Positions 38,077 through 48,657 of a stretch of DNA of 64,000 bases are shown here, piece by piece. The notes under the pieces were generated by a model that did not search any database, was not told the origin of the DNA, and saw nothing but the letters and a program-made list of their open reading frames with translations. Position 1 is the stretch's first letter, and every line of letters begins with the position of its first letter. Source of the stretch: a virus; the IMG/VR virus record IMGVR_UViG_3300042429_001107. The stretch is one strand, 5' to 3'. The translations under genes were made by a program, and so were the position numbers.

Positions 38077-38697
38077 ATGAGTCCCCAATTTTTAGTAATA
38101 GCTTATTATACTGAGAGCACACAATATGAAGTCCTAGCTGGTAATCTTGAGAAGACTTTACAAAACTTTAGTATTCCTTTTTATATAGAAGATATAGAGG
38201 ATTTAGGTTCTTGGGAAAAGAATACACATTACAAAGCACATTTTATTAAGAAATGTTTAAATGACAGAAATCAGGATCTTTTATATGTAGATGTTGATGC
38301 ACTCTTTAAACAATACCCAAGTCTTATACCAGATCTCACATGTGATATAGCATATAGAACGCAAGACTTCAGATGGAGAGCAGACGAAGCCCTATCAGGA
38401 ACTATCTTTCTAAAGAATAATGACAAGGTTAAGAGATTTGTTGATCGATGGATCCAACTAAATGAAGCCACACCCGCAGAAAGAATGAAACCTGAAACAT
38501 GGGAGCAAAAAAATATGCAAAGAGCTCATCGAGAAATGACCGAGATCGATTATTTCAATCTACCACCAGAATACACATTCATATTTGATCACATGAAAAC
38601 AATGTATCCAGGAACATCTCCAGTAATAGAGCATTATCAAGAGTCAAGAAATGTTCATAGAAATACGAATCAAAATCGTAATTTCAGGATAAGATAA
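38077..38697 (+). CDS. Nucleotide-diphospho-sugar transferase (GT-A, GT77/GT34-like)
   Basis: KAHFIKKCL, LLYVDVDA (DxD), SGTIFL, WEQ, IEHYQ. Confidence 0.75.
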   Translation: MSPQFLVIAYYTESTQYEVLAGNLEKTLQNFSIPFYIEDIEDLGSWEKNTHYKAHFIKKCLNDRNQDLLYVDVDALFKQYPSLIPDLTCDIAYRTQDFRWRADEALSGTIFLKNNDKVKRFVDRWIQLNEATPAERMKPETWEQKNMQRAHREMTEIDYFNLPPEYTFIFDHMKTMYPGTSPVIEHYQESRNVHRNTNQNRNFRIR

Positions 38698-38699
38698 GC

Positions 38700-39434
38700 A
38701 TGGAATTAAAATATGCTGTAGTCAGCTCCGATTCAAATCCTGAATATCTTGATTTTTGGCCTTACGTAGCTAAAGCATGGAAAAGAATAGGTATAGAACC
38801 AGTACTACTTTATATTGATAAACAAACTCCACCAGAGAGCGTACATGAACATGGAAAGGTAATATATCTTGAATCAATATCTGAATGGAGTATAGCTCAA
38901 CAAGCACAATGTATAAGATTTTGGGCAGCTAAGATATTAGATGCTCCTTTTATAATATCAGATATTGATATGCTTCCTATTTCTGAAGAATATTATAAAA
39001 ATGGTGTGGCTTCCATTGGAGATAAAGGTATAGTTTCTTACAGCTCTGATATTATTAAATATAGATGGTATGTAACTAATCCACAATACCCTATGTGTTA
39101 TCTTGCAGGAGACACACAAAGCTTTATTGATCTATTAGAAATGAATGATAATTCTCATCAGAATTTTTTAAGAAGATTAATGAAAATGAATATAAGATTT
39201 GGTACAGATCAGAAGTTCTTTTATAATCAATCTGTTAAAAATAAACACATATCTATTAAGCATTTAGAAAGAGGATGGATAGAAGAGAAATATGCTAGAG
39301 GAAGATTGGATAAAGTGATCTGGCCAAAAACAGACTATAATGCAGATGAATATATAGATTGTCATTTACCAAGACCGTTATCCTCAAATATTGGGATTTG
39401 TAAAGAATTATTTAATAAAATTAGAATAGATTAA
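38700..39434 (+). CDS. Putative GT-A glycosyltransferase
   Basis: YLDFWP, IISDIDMLPIS (DxD), YPMCY, GTDQ, DCHLPRP. Confidence 0.6.
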   Translation: MELKYAVVSSDSNPEYLDFWPYVAKAWKRIGIEPVLLYIDKQTPPESVHEHGKVIYLESISEWSIAQQAQCIRFWAAKILDAPFIISDIDMLPISEEYYKNGVASIGDKGIVSYSSDIIKYRWYVTNPQYPMCYLAGDTQSFIDLLEMNDNSHQNFLRRLMKMNIRFGTDQKFFYNQSVKNKHISIKHLERGWIEEKYARGRLDKVIWPKTDYNADEYIDCHLPRPLSSNIGICKELFNKIRID

Positions 39435-40244
39435 ATGAAATTATCAATAATACTTCCCACAGGTGGAAATGACCATCTAAGAAATAGAAATTTTAACGAG
39501 TGTCTTACTTGTATTAAAAATCAGACTTTTGTTGATTATGAAGTTATTGTGGTGGAGCAATCATTAGATAATAATTTTTACAAACAAAGTAATCCAATTA
39601 TTTCTTATAAACACATAGGAATTAAAGATCCACATGATAGAGGATTTAATCTTAGCTGGTGTAGAAATGTAGGAGCAAGAGAAGCACAAGGTGATATTAT
39701 AGTCCTGATGGATTCTGATTTTGTTTTTGAAAATAATTATTTCACTATCATTAGTGAATTTAATGGAGAATTTGCTGCTGGAGCGGAAACATATTATTGG
39801 TGTAATACTGAAGATCCCACTACCGATTGGATAAGAACAAAAGACTTTAATGTTTTTAAAAAAAGAGGTGGTGGCCCTAGAGACCCTGTATTTCAATTTA
39901 GATCTATGTCTAGAGGATGTGGGTACGGAGCTATACTAGTTTATAATAAAGAATGGTTCTGGAATACTATGGGAGGATACAACGAAAACTTCTTTAGATA
40001 TGGCTGGGAAGATAAAGCAACAACGGAAATGATTAAATCATTGCTTGATAGGGATGATGAGAGTATGTTAAGAATTCCTTCAGAAGCAGCACATCTTAAT
40101 CATAGATCTAAAGATGTTAGGAATATGAATATAAATGAAGCACTTTTTAATAAATTTACTAGAATGGATCAATTAGAGCTTTCAAAAACAATAAAAGAAT
40201 CATTTGTTGGCAAAAGATCAGAGCCTACTTTATTAAATATTTAA
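39435..40244 (+). CDS. GT2/GT7-like glycosyltransferase
   Basis: VIVVEQ, FNLSWCRNVGA, MDSD, GGYNENFFRYGWED. Confidence 0.8.
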   Translation: MKLSIILPTGGNDHLRNRNFNECLTCIKNQTFVDYEVIVVEQSLDNNFYKQSNPIISYKHIGIKDPHDRGFNLSWCRNVGAREAQGDIIVLMDSDFVFENNYFTIISEFNGEFAAGAETYYWCNTEDPTTDWIRTKDFNVFKKRGGGPRDPVFQFRSMSRGCGYGAILVYNKEWFWNTMGGYNENFFRYGWEDKATTEMIKSLLDRDDESMLRIPSEAAHLNHRSKDVRNMNINEALFNKFTRMDQLELSKTIKESFVGKRSEPTLLNI

Positions 40245-40247
40245 TTC

Positions 40248-41420
40248 ATGAAAAAACCAGAAAGAGATATATCTGAGGAAAGAAGAGGAAGAAGAATATT
40301 AAACAGATTCATTCACGGAAATAAAAATACTGATATTAATAAAGAAATAAAAGAAATTATAAAAGCGGAAGTTATAACAAATAAACACCCTATAATAGAA
40401 TTATACGAAAAAAATAATCTAGATTATATAATGGAAAAAAATAATACTGATATAGCTAAATATTGGGAACATCTTAATATAATAAACGGAAATAATATTG
40501 ACAATTCTCTTCCATTTTTTATAAATATCTCCGCAATTAATTATAATGATTTAAGCAATTTAGCAGAAGAAAAAAATAAAGAGCTTTTTAAATGCTTTGA
40601 TGGATTAACTGTAGATAAGTGCATTGATGAGTATGATTTGGTTACTATAATTCCTTTCAGAGGGAGATACATGCATTTAGAAAAAACATTAGAAACATTA
40701 TTAGCTTCTTCTAATAATTCTTCAAATAAAATAGGTTTTATTATTATAGAAAACTCTAATGAATCTATATTTAATTGTGATAAATTTAATAATCCAGATA
40801 TACATTACAGATGGATTAATTCATCGGGTAATATATTTAATAAATGCTTTTGCCATAATATAGGATCATTAATAAGTAACACCAAATATTTACATTTTCA
40901 TGACTGCGATTTATTAGTACCTAGTAATTTCTACGATGAGGTTTTTAATAAAATAGAATTGAATGATGTAGTACAGTGTTTTTATAATAGAAGAGTTAAT
41001 TATCTGAATGAAATTCCCTCGATTGATTATTTTAACGGGGAAGATATAGAATCTATAATTGTTAATAAACAATCATATAAAGAAGGTGGATACGGAGCAC
41101 CAGGAGGATCTATTGCAATATCAAAGGATCTTTTTGAAAAATGTGGGGGATTTGATCCTCATTTTTTCTGGGGATATTCTATAGAGGATGCTTTTTTCTG
41201 GAATAAAGTTGAAAGATTTAAAACCATAATAACATTAGATGATCCTAAGATAGAATTATATCACTTATGGCATCATCCTGCATGGGGAAAAAATCCTATG
41301 CAAGGTGTAGAGAAAAGAATACACGATTCATTTATAAGCAATAATCATAATTGGTTAGATTATGTAAATAAATCTAAAGAACTTTATAATAGAATTAAAA
41401 ATACTTTTATAAATGAATAA
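40248..41420 (+). CDS. GT7/GT2-like galactosyltransferase with N-terminal extension
   Basis: IIPFRGR, FNK...NIG, HDCDLL, GGFDPHFFWGYSIED, HLWH. Confidence 0.8.
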   Translation: MKKPERDISEERRGRRILNRFIHGNKNTDINKEIKEIIKAEVITNKHPIIELYEKNNLDYIMEKNNTDIAKYWEHLNIINGNNIDNSLPFFINISAINYNDLSNLAEEKNKELFKCFDGLTVDKCIDEYDLVTIIPFRGRYMHLEKTLETLLASSNNSSNKIGFIIIENSNESIFNCDKFNNPDIHYRWINSSGNIFNKCFCHNIGSLISNTKYLHFHDCDLLVPSNFYDEVFNKIELNDVVQCFYNRRVNYLNEIPSIDYFNGEDIESIIVNKQSYKEGGYGAPGGSIAISKDLFEKCGGFDPHFFWGYSIEDAFFWNKVERFKTIITLDDPKIELYHLWHHPAWGKNPMQGVEKRIHDSFISNNHNWLDYVNKSKELYNRIKNTFINE

Positions 41421-42330
41421 AAAAATATTAATAACAGGAGGTACATCACATTTAGCTGAAAGTCTAAAAAAATATTTGCCTAATGCTTCTTATATAGAAG
41501 GAAGATCTGAATTAGATCTAACTGATTATCAATCAACATTAGAATACTTTAAAAATGAATCTCCGTATTGGGTTTTACATTTAGCATCTAAAGTTGGTGG
41601 TATTAAAAGTAACATGGAAAATCCTTTTGAGTATTTCTATGACAATCTATTAATTAATACTAATGTTTTTAGAGCATGTAAAGAATTAGAAATAGAAAGA
41701 TTAACTTCTATATTATCAACATGTGTATATCCAGCAGATAATGTTGAATATCCTATTGTAGAGAATAATATTATTTTAGGCGATCCAGAAAAAACAAATA
41801 GAGGTTATGCTCAATCTAAAAGAATATTAGCGGAACTCACTGATCTTTATAATCAGAAATACGGAAAAAATTACAATTATATTATTCCTTGTAATCTTTT
41901 TGGTATGGAAGAATCGTATGATCCTAATAAAACACATTTTCTTACATCATTGATTTATAAATCTGCTAAAGCATTATCCAATGGCGATAAAGAACTTGAA
42001 ATGTTTGGTAGCGGTAAAGTTCTAAGACAATTTGTAACGTATGACGATTTTGCAAGAATGCTAGCTTATTGTGTTGATAACGAAGTCTCTGAATCTTTTA
42101 ATTTTTCTCCTGATTATAATTTATCATTAATTGAATATGGAAGTATTATAGAGAATATCACAGATAAAAAAATTAAGGTTACATTCAACGGTAATGGACC
42201 TGACGGGGTATACAGAAAAGATGCGGATAATTCAAGAATGAAAAAAATAGCACCGGATTTTGAATTTAGTGTACTAAGAGAAAGTATAAAAGAAGTATTA
42301 GATTTTTATTTAGCAAATGATAGCATTTAG
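41413..42330 (+). CDS. fcl: GDP-L-fucose/GDP-L-colitose synthase (Fcl/ColC-type SDR)
   Basis: ILITGG, HLASKVGGI, STCVYP, YAQSK, PCNLFG, FGSGKVLRQF, PDGVYRK. Confidence 0.85.
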   Translation: MNKKILITGGTSHLAESLKKYLPNASYIEGRSELDLTDYQSTLEYFKNESPYWVLHLASKVGGIKSNMENPFEYFYDNLLINTNVFRACKELEIERLTSILSTCVYPADNVEYPIVENNIILGDPEKTNRGYAQSKRILAELTDLYNQKYGKNYNYIIPCNLFGMEESYDPNKTHFLTSLIYKSAKALSNGDKELEMFGSGKVLRQFVTYDDFARMLAYCVDNEVSESFNFSPDYNLSLIEYGSIIENITDKKIKVTFNGNGPDGVYRKDADNSRMKKIAPDFEFSVLRESIKEVLDFYLANDSI

Positions 42331-43057
42331 TCACTTAGGAAAATATGGTAAATTGGGCAATCAGCTTTTTCAAATTGCTGTTGTTTATTCACATTGTATT
42401 AGAAACGGTAAAGAATTTATTTTTCCTGAGTGGAAATATAATTCCTATTTAAAAACTCCAATTAGAACAGGATCAATACCACCAGGACTAATTTTACACA
42501 GAGAAAAAGATCCTTTTTCTTTCACCCCTATTCCTAATATAGATAACATTGATCTCATTGGATATTTTCAGAACGAGAATTATTTTAATGGACAGGAGGA
42601 CACAATAAGAGATCTTTTAGAACCAGCAGATTTTGTAAAATCTAAAATAGAAGAAATAAATTTAGAAGGTATAACTGCTATACATGTAAGAAGAGGAGAT
42701 TATCTAAACTTCCCTTTACACCATCCTATACCTCCTATGGATTATTATAATAGAGCAATAGAAAATTTAAAAGATAGGACTAGTAACTTTATGATTTTTT
42801 CTGATGATATCGAATGGTGTAAAGAAAACTTCTCTTCTGATTTTTTATTCTCTGAAGAGAAAGACGAGTTCATAGACCTTTATAAAATGTCTAGATGCGC
42901 TAATTTTATAATTGCAAATTCTAGTTTTTCATGGTGGGCTTCATTCTTAAATAAATCAGATGATAAAATAATATATGCTCCGGAAAATTGGGTAGGACGA
43001 GGATACTTAGGTACTAGCTGGAGACAAGTTTACAGAAAAGAAATGAAAATAATATAA
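42317..43057 (+). CDS. GT11 alpha-1,2-fucosyl/colitosyltransferase
   Basis: GKLGNQLFQ, GYFQ, IHVRRGDY, IFSDD..WC, IIANSSFSWWA. Confidence 0.9.
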   Translation: MIAFSHLGKYGKLGNQLFQIAVVYSHCIRNGKEFIFPEWKYNSYLKTPIRTGSIPPGLILHREKDPFSFTPIPNIDNIDLIGYFQNENYFNGQEDTIRDLLEPADFVKSKIEEINLEGITAIHVRRGDYLNFPLHHPIPPMDYYNRAIENLKDRTSNFMIFSDDIEWCKENFSSDFLFSEEKDEFIDLYKMSRCANFIIANSSFSWWASFLNKSDDKIIYAPENWVGRGYLGTSWRQVYRKEMKII

Positions 43058-43061
43058 TATA

Positions 43062-43925
43062 GTGGAAAAAGAAACGATAGGTATTATAGGACAAGGATTT
43101 GTCGGATCTGCTGTTAGAGAAGGAATGGAAAAATATTTTGATGTTATATGCTTTGATAAGGATCCTAATAAATTTAGCAATTCCGTATCTGTATTTAATG
43201 TTATAGAGAATAGTGTATTATGCTTTTTGTGTGTACCAACTCCTATGAAAAAATCAGGAGAATGTGATTTAAGTATAGTTAAGAAAGCACTTAATGAAAT
43301 TTATGAGTGTACTACATCTTTAAATAAAAACCAATATATAGTAGTGATAAAATCCACTATACCTCCAGGAACTACTAGTAAATTAAATTTAGAATTTCCA
43401 AATATTTCTATTGTTTTTAATCCTGAATTTTTAACTGAAGCTAATTCTGTTAATGATTACTTAGAACAAAACCGAATAATTATAGGAGGAGATAGACCAG
43501 CATCATCAAAAGTTAAGATGATTTTTACTAAGGCATTTCCTCGTGTACCTATAATTAAAACTAGCTCTACTATTGCAGAGACTATTAAGTATGTAACTAA
43601 TACATTTTTAGCAATGAAGGTTTCTTATGCTAATGAAGTTTATCAGATATGTCAGGAATTAAATATAGATTATGATAAAGTTATAGAATACTCAAGATAT
43701 GATGATAGACTGGGAAATTCACATTGGTCGGTGCCTGGTCCTGATGGAGATTTTGGCTTTGGAGGACATTGCTTCCCTAAAGACTTAGCTGCTTTTGAAT
43801 TTATTGCAAAAGAAATGTGTATAGATACAATAATGTTAACTGCTGCATTAGATAAAAATAAAAAAGTAAGAAAAAACCTAGATTGGGTTAAACAAGTAGG
43901 AAGAGCAGTATCGTTAGAAGAATAA
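43062..43925 (+). CDS. UDP-glucose/GDP-mannose 6-dehydrogenase family, short form
   Basis: GIIGQGFVG, CVPTP, IKSTIPPGTT, FNPEFL, KYVTNTFLAMKV, GFGGHCFPKD. Confidence 0.88.
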   Translation: MEKETIGIIGQGFVGSAVREGMEKYFDVICFDKDPNKFSNSVSVFNVIENSVLCFLCVPTPMKKSGECDLSIVKKALNEIYECTTSLNKNQYIVVIKSTIPPGTTSKLNLEFPNISIVFNPEFLTEANSVNDYLEQNRIIIGGDRPASSKVKMIFTKAFPRVPIIKTSSTIAETIKYVTNTFLAMKVSYANEVYQICQELNIDYDKVIEYSRYDDRLGNSHWSVPGPDGDFGFGGHCFPKDLAAFEFIAKEMCIDTIMLTAALDKNKKVRKNLDWVKQVGRAVSLEE

Positions 43926-43926
43926 T

Positions 43927-44544
43927 ATGAAAATACCAGGAATAGATAATATTTATTGCATAAATCTAGAAAGAAGACCTGATAGAAGGAATGAAGCTAT
44001 AGAAGAATTTAAAAGATTCAATCTAGACTTCGAATTTTTTAATGGCGTTGACGGTCATGAATTAAATGTACCTGCTAAAATAAAACCAGGACACGTAGGA
44101 TGTGTTATGTCACATCTTAACCTTTATAGATATCTTAAAGAACAAGAAGGTGAAATATTTATGATAACGGAGGATGATGTTGTCTTTAATGAAAATTTCA
44201 TATATAGCTATTTAGATGTAGTAAGACACGTTCCTTCTGATTGGCATCTTTTATATTTAGGTGGTAACCATAACGGAATGCCATTAAACATAATAGCACC
44301 AAATATTCATAGGTTACAAAAAACTTTTACAACTCATTGTTATTTGGTTAAAAAGACACATCTAGATGTTCTTATTAATGAATTTGATACAGTTAACATC
44401 TTTAATAGTGAGGTTGATGTTCATTTATCTCGAATACAATTAAAAGTACCTTGTTACGGATTTACTCCATCTCTAGCATGGCAAAGAGACGGATTTTCTG
44501 ATATAGAAATGAAAAACGTTGAATATAATTTTTTAAAGAAATAA
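43927..44544 (+). CDS. GT25 glycosyltransferase
   Basis: YCINLERRPDRR, GVDG, GCVMSH, ITEDDV, LLYLG. Confidence 0.85.
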   Translation: MKIPGIDNIYCINLERRPDRRNEAIEEFKRFNLDFEFFNGVDGHELNVPAKIKPGHVGCVMSHLNLYRYLKEQEGEIFMITEDDVVFNENFIYSYLDVVRHVPSDWHLLYLGGNHNGMPLNIIAPNIHRLQKTFTTHCYLVKKTHLDVLINEFDTVNIFNSEVDVHLSRIQLKVPCYGFTPSLAWQRDGFSDIEMKNVEYNFLKK

Positions 44545-44545
44545 A

Positions 44546-45484
44546 ATGGAAAATACATTTATCTTTACTGAAGCTTTTAATTGTGGAAAGATCCTAGCGG
44601 TTTGTTTAGAATCTTTTCATAGACACCACGATTTAAAACTGAACATAATAGGTACATCTAGAGATTTTAAAGAAGCAGGCGATATTATAAATCATCCTAA
44701 TAATGTACTAATTAATTGGGATTCACATAGCTCTGCAAAGGAGAAATGGTCAATTGGACATCAAGGAACTGCACTTGCTTTTGCAACTGCTATGAAAGGA
44801 AATATACATTCTGATAAATTTGTAATACATCTCGACTCCGATTGTTATTTTAATGGCGAATGTATTTCTGATATAGTTTCTATGCTAAATAATGGATATG
44901 ATATAATAGGATCTCCTAGGCCTTATAAGAATAATCTAAGTGGTATAAAAGGATTAGAAAGAACACCAGACTGTGTGTCTACTTATTTAATGGGTGTAAA
45001 TACTCATAAGATACCTAATTATGATTTTGAAATATTTACCCGAATGTGTGGGGGATGGGCTTCTCCTACAGGACATAGATCTTTAGATTTCTTTGATCCT
45101 GTTACCCATGCAATAATAACAAACGGAGGAAGAATAGGATTTCTAGACACATACAAATATGGTGGTATAGATTTAGATGGATCTAAGAATAATGGATTTG
45201 AATCGAATCTTAATTTTGACTGTGGATCACATATTGCTCATTTTGGGGGGGTAGGATCAGGTAAAGCAGTTGCTGATAATTTATCTGAGCCACCAAAAGG
45301 ATATGCTGATTGGGCTTATTACAGATGGAATTTTTTCTCGCATATATTCTTTAACACTGAAGCTTTAGAAAGCCCAGTAGCAGTATATTCATCACCCTCA
45401 GATCATCAAGGTAAAAGATGGTGTAACGGTGCAGCAGATTCTTCTATAATAAATAACGCAAAAAAAGAACTTAATTTAAACTAA
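44546..45484 (+). CDS. Putative GT-A glycosyltransferase
   Basis: GHQGTA, VIHLDSDCYF (DxD), HFGGVGSG; island context. Confidence 0.55.
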   Translation: MENTFIFTEAFNCGKILAVCLESFHRHHDLKLNIIGTSRDFKEAGDIINHPNNVLINWDSHSSAKEKWSIGHQGTALAFATAMKGNIHSDKFVIHLDSDCYFNGECISDIVSMLNNGYDIIGSPRPYKNNLSGIKGLERTPDCVSTYLMGVNTHKIPNYDFEIFTRMCGGWASPTGHRSLDFFDPVTHAIITNGGRIGFLDTYKYGGIDLDGSKNNGFESNLNFDCGSHIAHFGGVGSGKAVADNLSEPPKGYADWAYYRWNFFSHIFFNTEALESPVAVYSSPSDHQGKRWCNGAADSSIINNAKKELNLN

Positions 45485-45485
45485 A

Positions 45486-46289
45486 ATGATAAAGCCAATA
45501 GTACAAGAAATATTATTAAAAGGATGGAGTGTGGATCCTTTTACTTATTTTGGAAGCTACCATAAAAGAGTAGCTATAGAAATAGATCCTTCCCGTGATC
45601 CACATTGGATAAATGATGAGTCTTTATTTAAAGTAGCAGTTCAAGTTGAGCCTCCGTCTGTAACTAATAAAGCAGTAGAACAGTATCTTGATGTGGAGGG
45701 AAATAAATTCGATCTTATTCTTACATATTATTCTTCTATTCTTAAATCGAATAAGAAAGCTAAACTTTTTTATTTTGGCGACTCTTGGATAAAGGAGAAA
45801 AGCGAATCTATAGATAAAACAAGAAACGTTTCCTTTGTAACATCTAACAAGAATTTTACTCCTGGACATGCTGTAAGAATGGAGGTAGTTGATTCTCTTC
45901 ACTTAGGATTAGCTAGATTTGATTTGTATGGTAGGGGATTTAATCCTATAGAAAAAAAAGAGGAAGGACTTAATGATTATAAATTCTCTATAGTAATTGA
46001 GAATGAGTTTATGGAAAATTGGTTTACTGAAAAAATAGTCGATTGCTTTAGAACTAAAACAATACCGATCTATAAAGGATGTCCTAATATTAAAGATTTC
46101 TATAATGAGAAAGGAATAATAAAATTTGATACTACGGAAGAACTTTACTCAATATTAAATGATGTAAATTTTAATAGTACTTCAATTTATGATTCAATGA
46201 AAGAATCTATGGATGATAATTATAATAGATCATGGGCAGATCCTGCATTTAACGAAAGAGTAGAGATAGAAATAAAAAAATATCTATGA
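45486..46289 (+). CDS. GT10 alpha-1,3/4-fucosyltransferase-like
   Basis: YKFSIVIEN...WFTEKIVDCF...IPIYKG (GT10 motif). Confidence 0.8.
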   Translation: MIKPIVQEILLKGWSVDPFTYFGSYHKRVAIEIDPSRDPHWINDESLFKVAVQVEPPSVTNKAVEQYLDVEGNKFDLILTYYSSILKSNKKAKLFYFGDSWIKEKSESIDKTRNVSFVTSNKNFTPGHAVRMEVVDSLHLGLARFDLYGRGFNPIEKKEEGLNDYKFSIVIENEFMENWFTEKIVDCFRTKTIPIYKGCPNIKDFYNEKGIIKFDTTEELYSILNDVNFNSTSIYDSMKESMDDNYNRSWADPAFNERVEIEIKKYL

Positions 46290-47002
46290 ATATAGATTTT
46301 TTAAATAGAACAATATTAGTAACAGGTGGTACTAAAGGAATAGGATACCACGTAGCTAAAAATTTAAATTCTTGTGGAGCCAATGTTATTGTAACGGGTA
46401 CAAAGGATACTAATATAGACTATGGTAAATTCTTAAAAGCTGATTTTTCAACTAGGGAGGGAATATACAAATTTATTGAAATTATAGAAGAAATACCTAT
46501 AATAGATGGATGTTTTAATTGCGCGGGTATAAATAAAATATCATGCTTGGAAGATATAGACATAGAAGACTTTGATTCGATTATGAATGTAAACCTATAT
46601 GCTCCGTTTCTTATATCTAAACATCTAATCCCAAAAATGAAAAAGAATAATTATGGTAGGATTGTAAACGTTTCTTCTATATGGGGATCGATAACAAAAA
46701 AAGGAAGGACCTCCTATTCTGTTTCAAAAAATGGAATAATAGGTCTTACTAGAAGTTTAGCTGTAGAGGGAGCCAATAATAACGTGATAGTAAACTCGAT
46801 ATCTCCTGGATTTACTGAAACTGAATTAACTAGAAAATCTTTATCTGATTCAGATATCTTAGATCTTGAAAAAACAATACCAATGGGTAGAATGGCAACA
46901 CCTAATGAGATATCTAATGTTTCGTTATTTCTTCTATCAGAATGTAATTCGTATATGACTGGGCAAAATATTATAGTAGATGGAGGATTCTCAATTGTAT
47001 AA
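46286..47002 (+). CDS. Classical SDR oxidoreductase
   Basis: TGGTKGIG, NCAGIN, NVSS, YSVSK, NSISPG, TGQNIIVDGG. Confidence 0.9.
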   Translation: MNIDFLNRTILVTGGTKGIGYHVAKNLNSCGANVIVTGTKDTNIDYGKFLKADFSTREGIYKFIEIIEEIPIIDGCFNCAGINKISCLEDIDIEDFDSIMNVNLYAPFLISKHLIPKMKKNNYGRIVNVSSIWGSITKKGRTSYSVSKNGIIGLTRSLAVEGANNNVIVNSISPGFTETELTRKSLSDSDILDLEKTIPMGRMATPNEISNVSLFLLSECNSYMTGQNIIVDGGFSIV

Positions 47003-48041
47003 AATAGATATAAAGTCATCAATAAGAGACTATAGTGTTTTCTTTATAGATTCAATAGAAGATCATATAAAAAATATAATAAAACCTAATGATATAATCA
47101 TATGTGACAATAAGATTAACATATCTATTAACAAAAATCTTAAAATAATTAAAGTTAAGGCATCAGAAAAATCTAAAAGTTTTGATGGTGTTAATTCTAT
47201 GATAACTAAAATATTAGATATAGGTTTAACTAAAAATGATAGAATAATATGTATAGGTGGTGGAACCATACAGGACCTTGGATCTTTTATAGCTTCAATT
47301 TTATTTAGGGGGATAGATTGGATATTCTATCCTACTACGCTTCTTTCCCAGGGAGATAGCTGTATAGGAAGTAAAACTTCTATAAATTTTGGGGATTATA
47401 AAAATCAGCTAGGTAATTTCTATCCCCCTGCTTCTGTTTTTGTAGATATAAATATTCTTAAATCATTGGATGATTCAGAAATACGCTCCGGTATAGGTGA
47501 AATGTCTCATTACTTTTTTATTAAAGGTGGGAACGATCTAGATTTTTTTGTTAAAAATTACAAAAAATGCTTTGAAATAAATACATCTATAAGAGATATA
47601 ATATACAAAAGCCTACTGATAAAGAAAGAATACATAGAAATAGATGAGTTTGATAAAGGTCCTAGGGTTATTTTTAATTATGGACACACATTTGGACATT
47701 CAATAGAATCTATTAAAAAGTATTCAATCCCACATGGTATTGCAGTATCTATAGGCATGGATATGGCTAATTATATTTCTTTTTGTAAGGGATATATAAA
47801 AGAGAACGATTTTTTATTTTACAGAAAGATATTAAAATCTATCTGGAGCGGGTTTGATTTATTAGATCTAGATGTAGATTTAATGATTACCTTTTTAAAA
47901 AAAGATAAAAAAAATGAATATAATAAAATAGGTTTAATACTAACAAAAGGTCCCGGAAATATGTTCAAAGAACTTATTGATCCACACCCTGAACTATTTA
48001 ACTATATCAATGATTATAAATTAAAATACATAAATAAATAA
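46980..48041 (+). CDS. AroB/DHQ-synthase-like sugar-phosphate cyclase
   Basis: IGGGTIQD, RGI...PTTLLSQGDSCIGSKTSIN, KNQLGNF, NYGHTFGHSIE, PHGIAV. Confidence 0.85.
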   Translation: MEDSQLYKIDIKSSIRDYSVFFIDSIEDHIKNIIKPNDIIICDNKINISINKNLKIIKVKASEKSKSFDGVNSMITKILDIGLTKNDRIICIGGGTIQDLGSFIASILFRGIDWIFYPTTLLSQGDSCIGSKTSINFGDYKNQLGNFYPPASVFVDINILKSLDDSEIRSGIGEMSHYFFIKGGNDLDFFVKNYKKCFEINTSIRDIIYKSLLIKKEYIEIDEFDKGPRVIFNYGHTFGHSIESIKKYSIPHGIAVSIGMDMANYISFCKGYIKENDFLFYRKILKSIWSGFDLLDLDVDLMITFLKKDKKNEYNKIGLILTKGPGNMFKELIDPHPELFNYINDYKLKYINK

Positions 48042-48048
48042 AAAAGTT

Positions 48049-48657
48049 ATGATACTAAATCTTGAAAACATAGAAAGTAAATTTAATAATTTACTAGAAT
48101 CTCCAAAATATAAAGAATTTATTAAGCAGATAAAAGAAGCAAAGAACATATACCTTGTTGGTAATGGAGGTCTTTGGTCAACAGCAAACCATGCTGCAGA
48201 TGATTGCAATAGATTACTTACTAAAGCAGGAATTAATAAGATGTTTATTTCTATGGACAGTCAATGTCTAATTACATCTGTAGCAAATGATTATGGGTAC
48301 AACAATATATTTGTTAGATGGCTAGAACTTTTGAAAAAAAATAACGCTAAATCATCAGAGACTATGGTTATAGGTTTATCCTGTTCTGGTACATCAAAAA
48401 ATGTCATATCAGCTTTGCATTGGGGTAAAGAGAATGGATATAAGACATGTTTAATTTCTGGTCAAAAATCTGCAGTTATACCCGAAGATATGTTAGAGGT
48501 TTGTTTTGATACGGAATTTTTTCACACAACAGAAGTTTTATCTCTTATATTATTTTACCAAATAATTATTGAATGTGGAGCTTCTTGTCCAACAATAAAA
48601 GAAGAAATTATAAGAAAAGGTTCTTCGCAACCTTTAACTAGACCTACAGACGAATAA
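48049..48657 (+). CDS. SIS-domain sugar-phosphate isomerase, GmhA-like
   Basis: VGNGG...ANHAADD, ITSVANDYGY, LSCSGTSKNVI. Confidence 0.75.
   Translation: MILNLENIESKFNNLLESPKYKEFIKQIKEAKNIYLVGNGGLWSTANHAADDCNRLLTKAGINKMFISMDSQCLITSVANDYGYNNIFVRWLELLKKNNAKSSETMVIGLSCSGTSKNVISALHWGKENGYKTCLISGQKSAVIPEDMLEVCFDTEFFHTTEVLSLILFYQIIIECGASCPTIKEEIIRKGSSQPLTRPTDE

Noticed and set aside
46980-48041. AroB as an auxiliary shikimate-pathway gene
   Set aside because: No other aro genes nearby and it is embedded among glycan genes, so a sugar-phosphate cyclase role is more likely, though unproven
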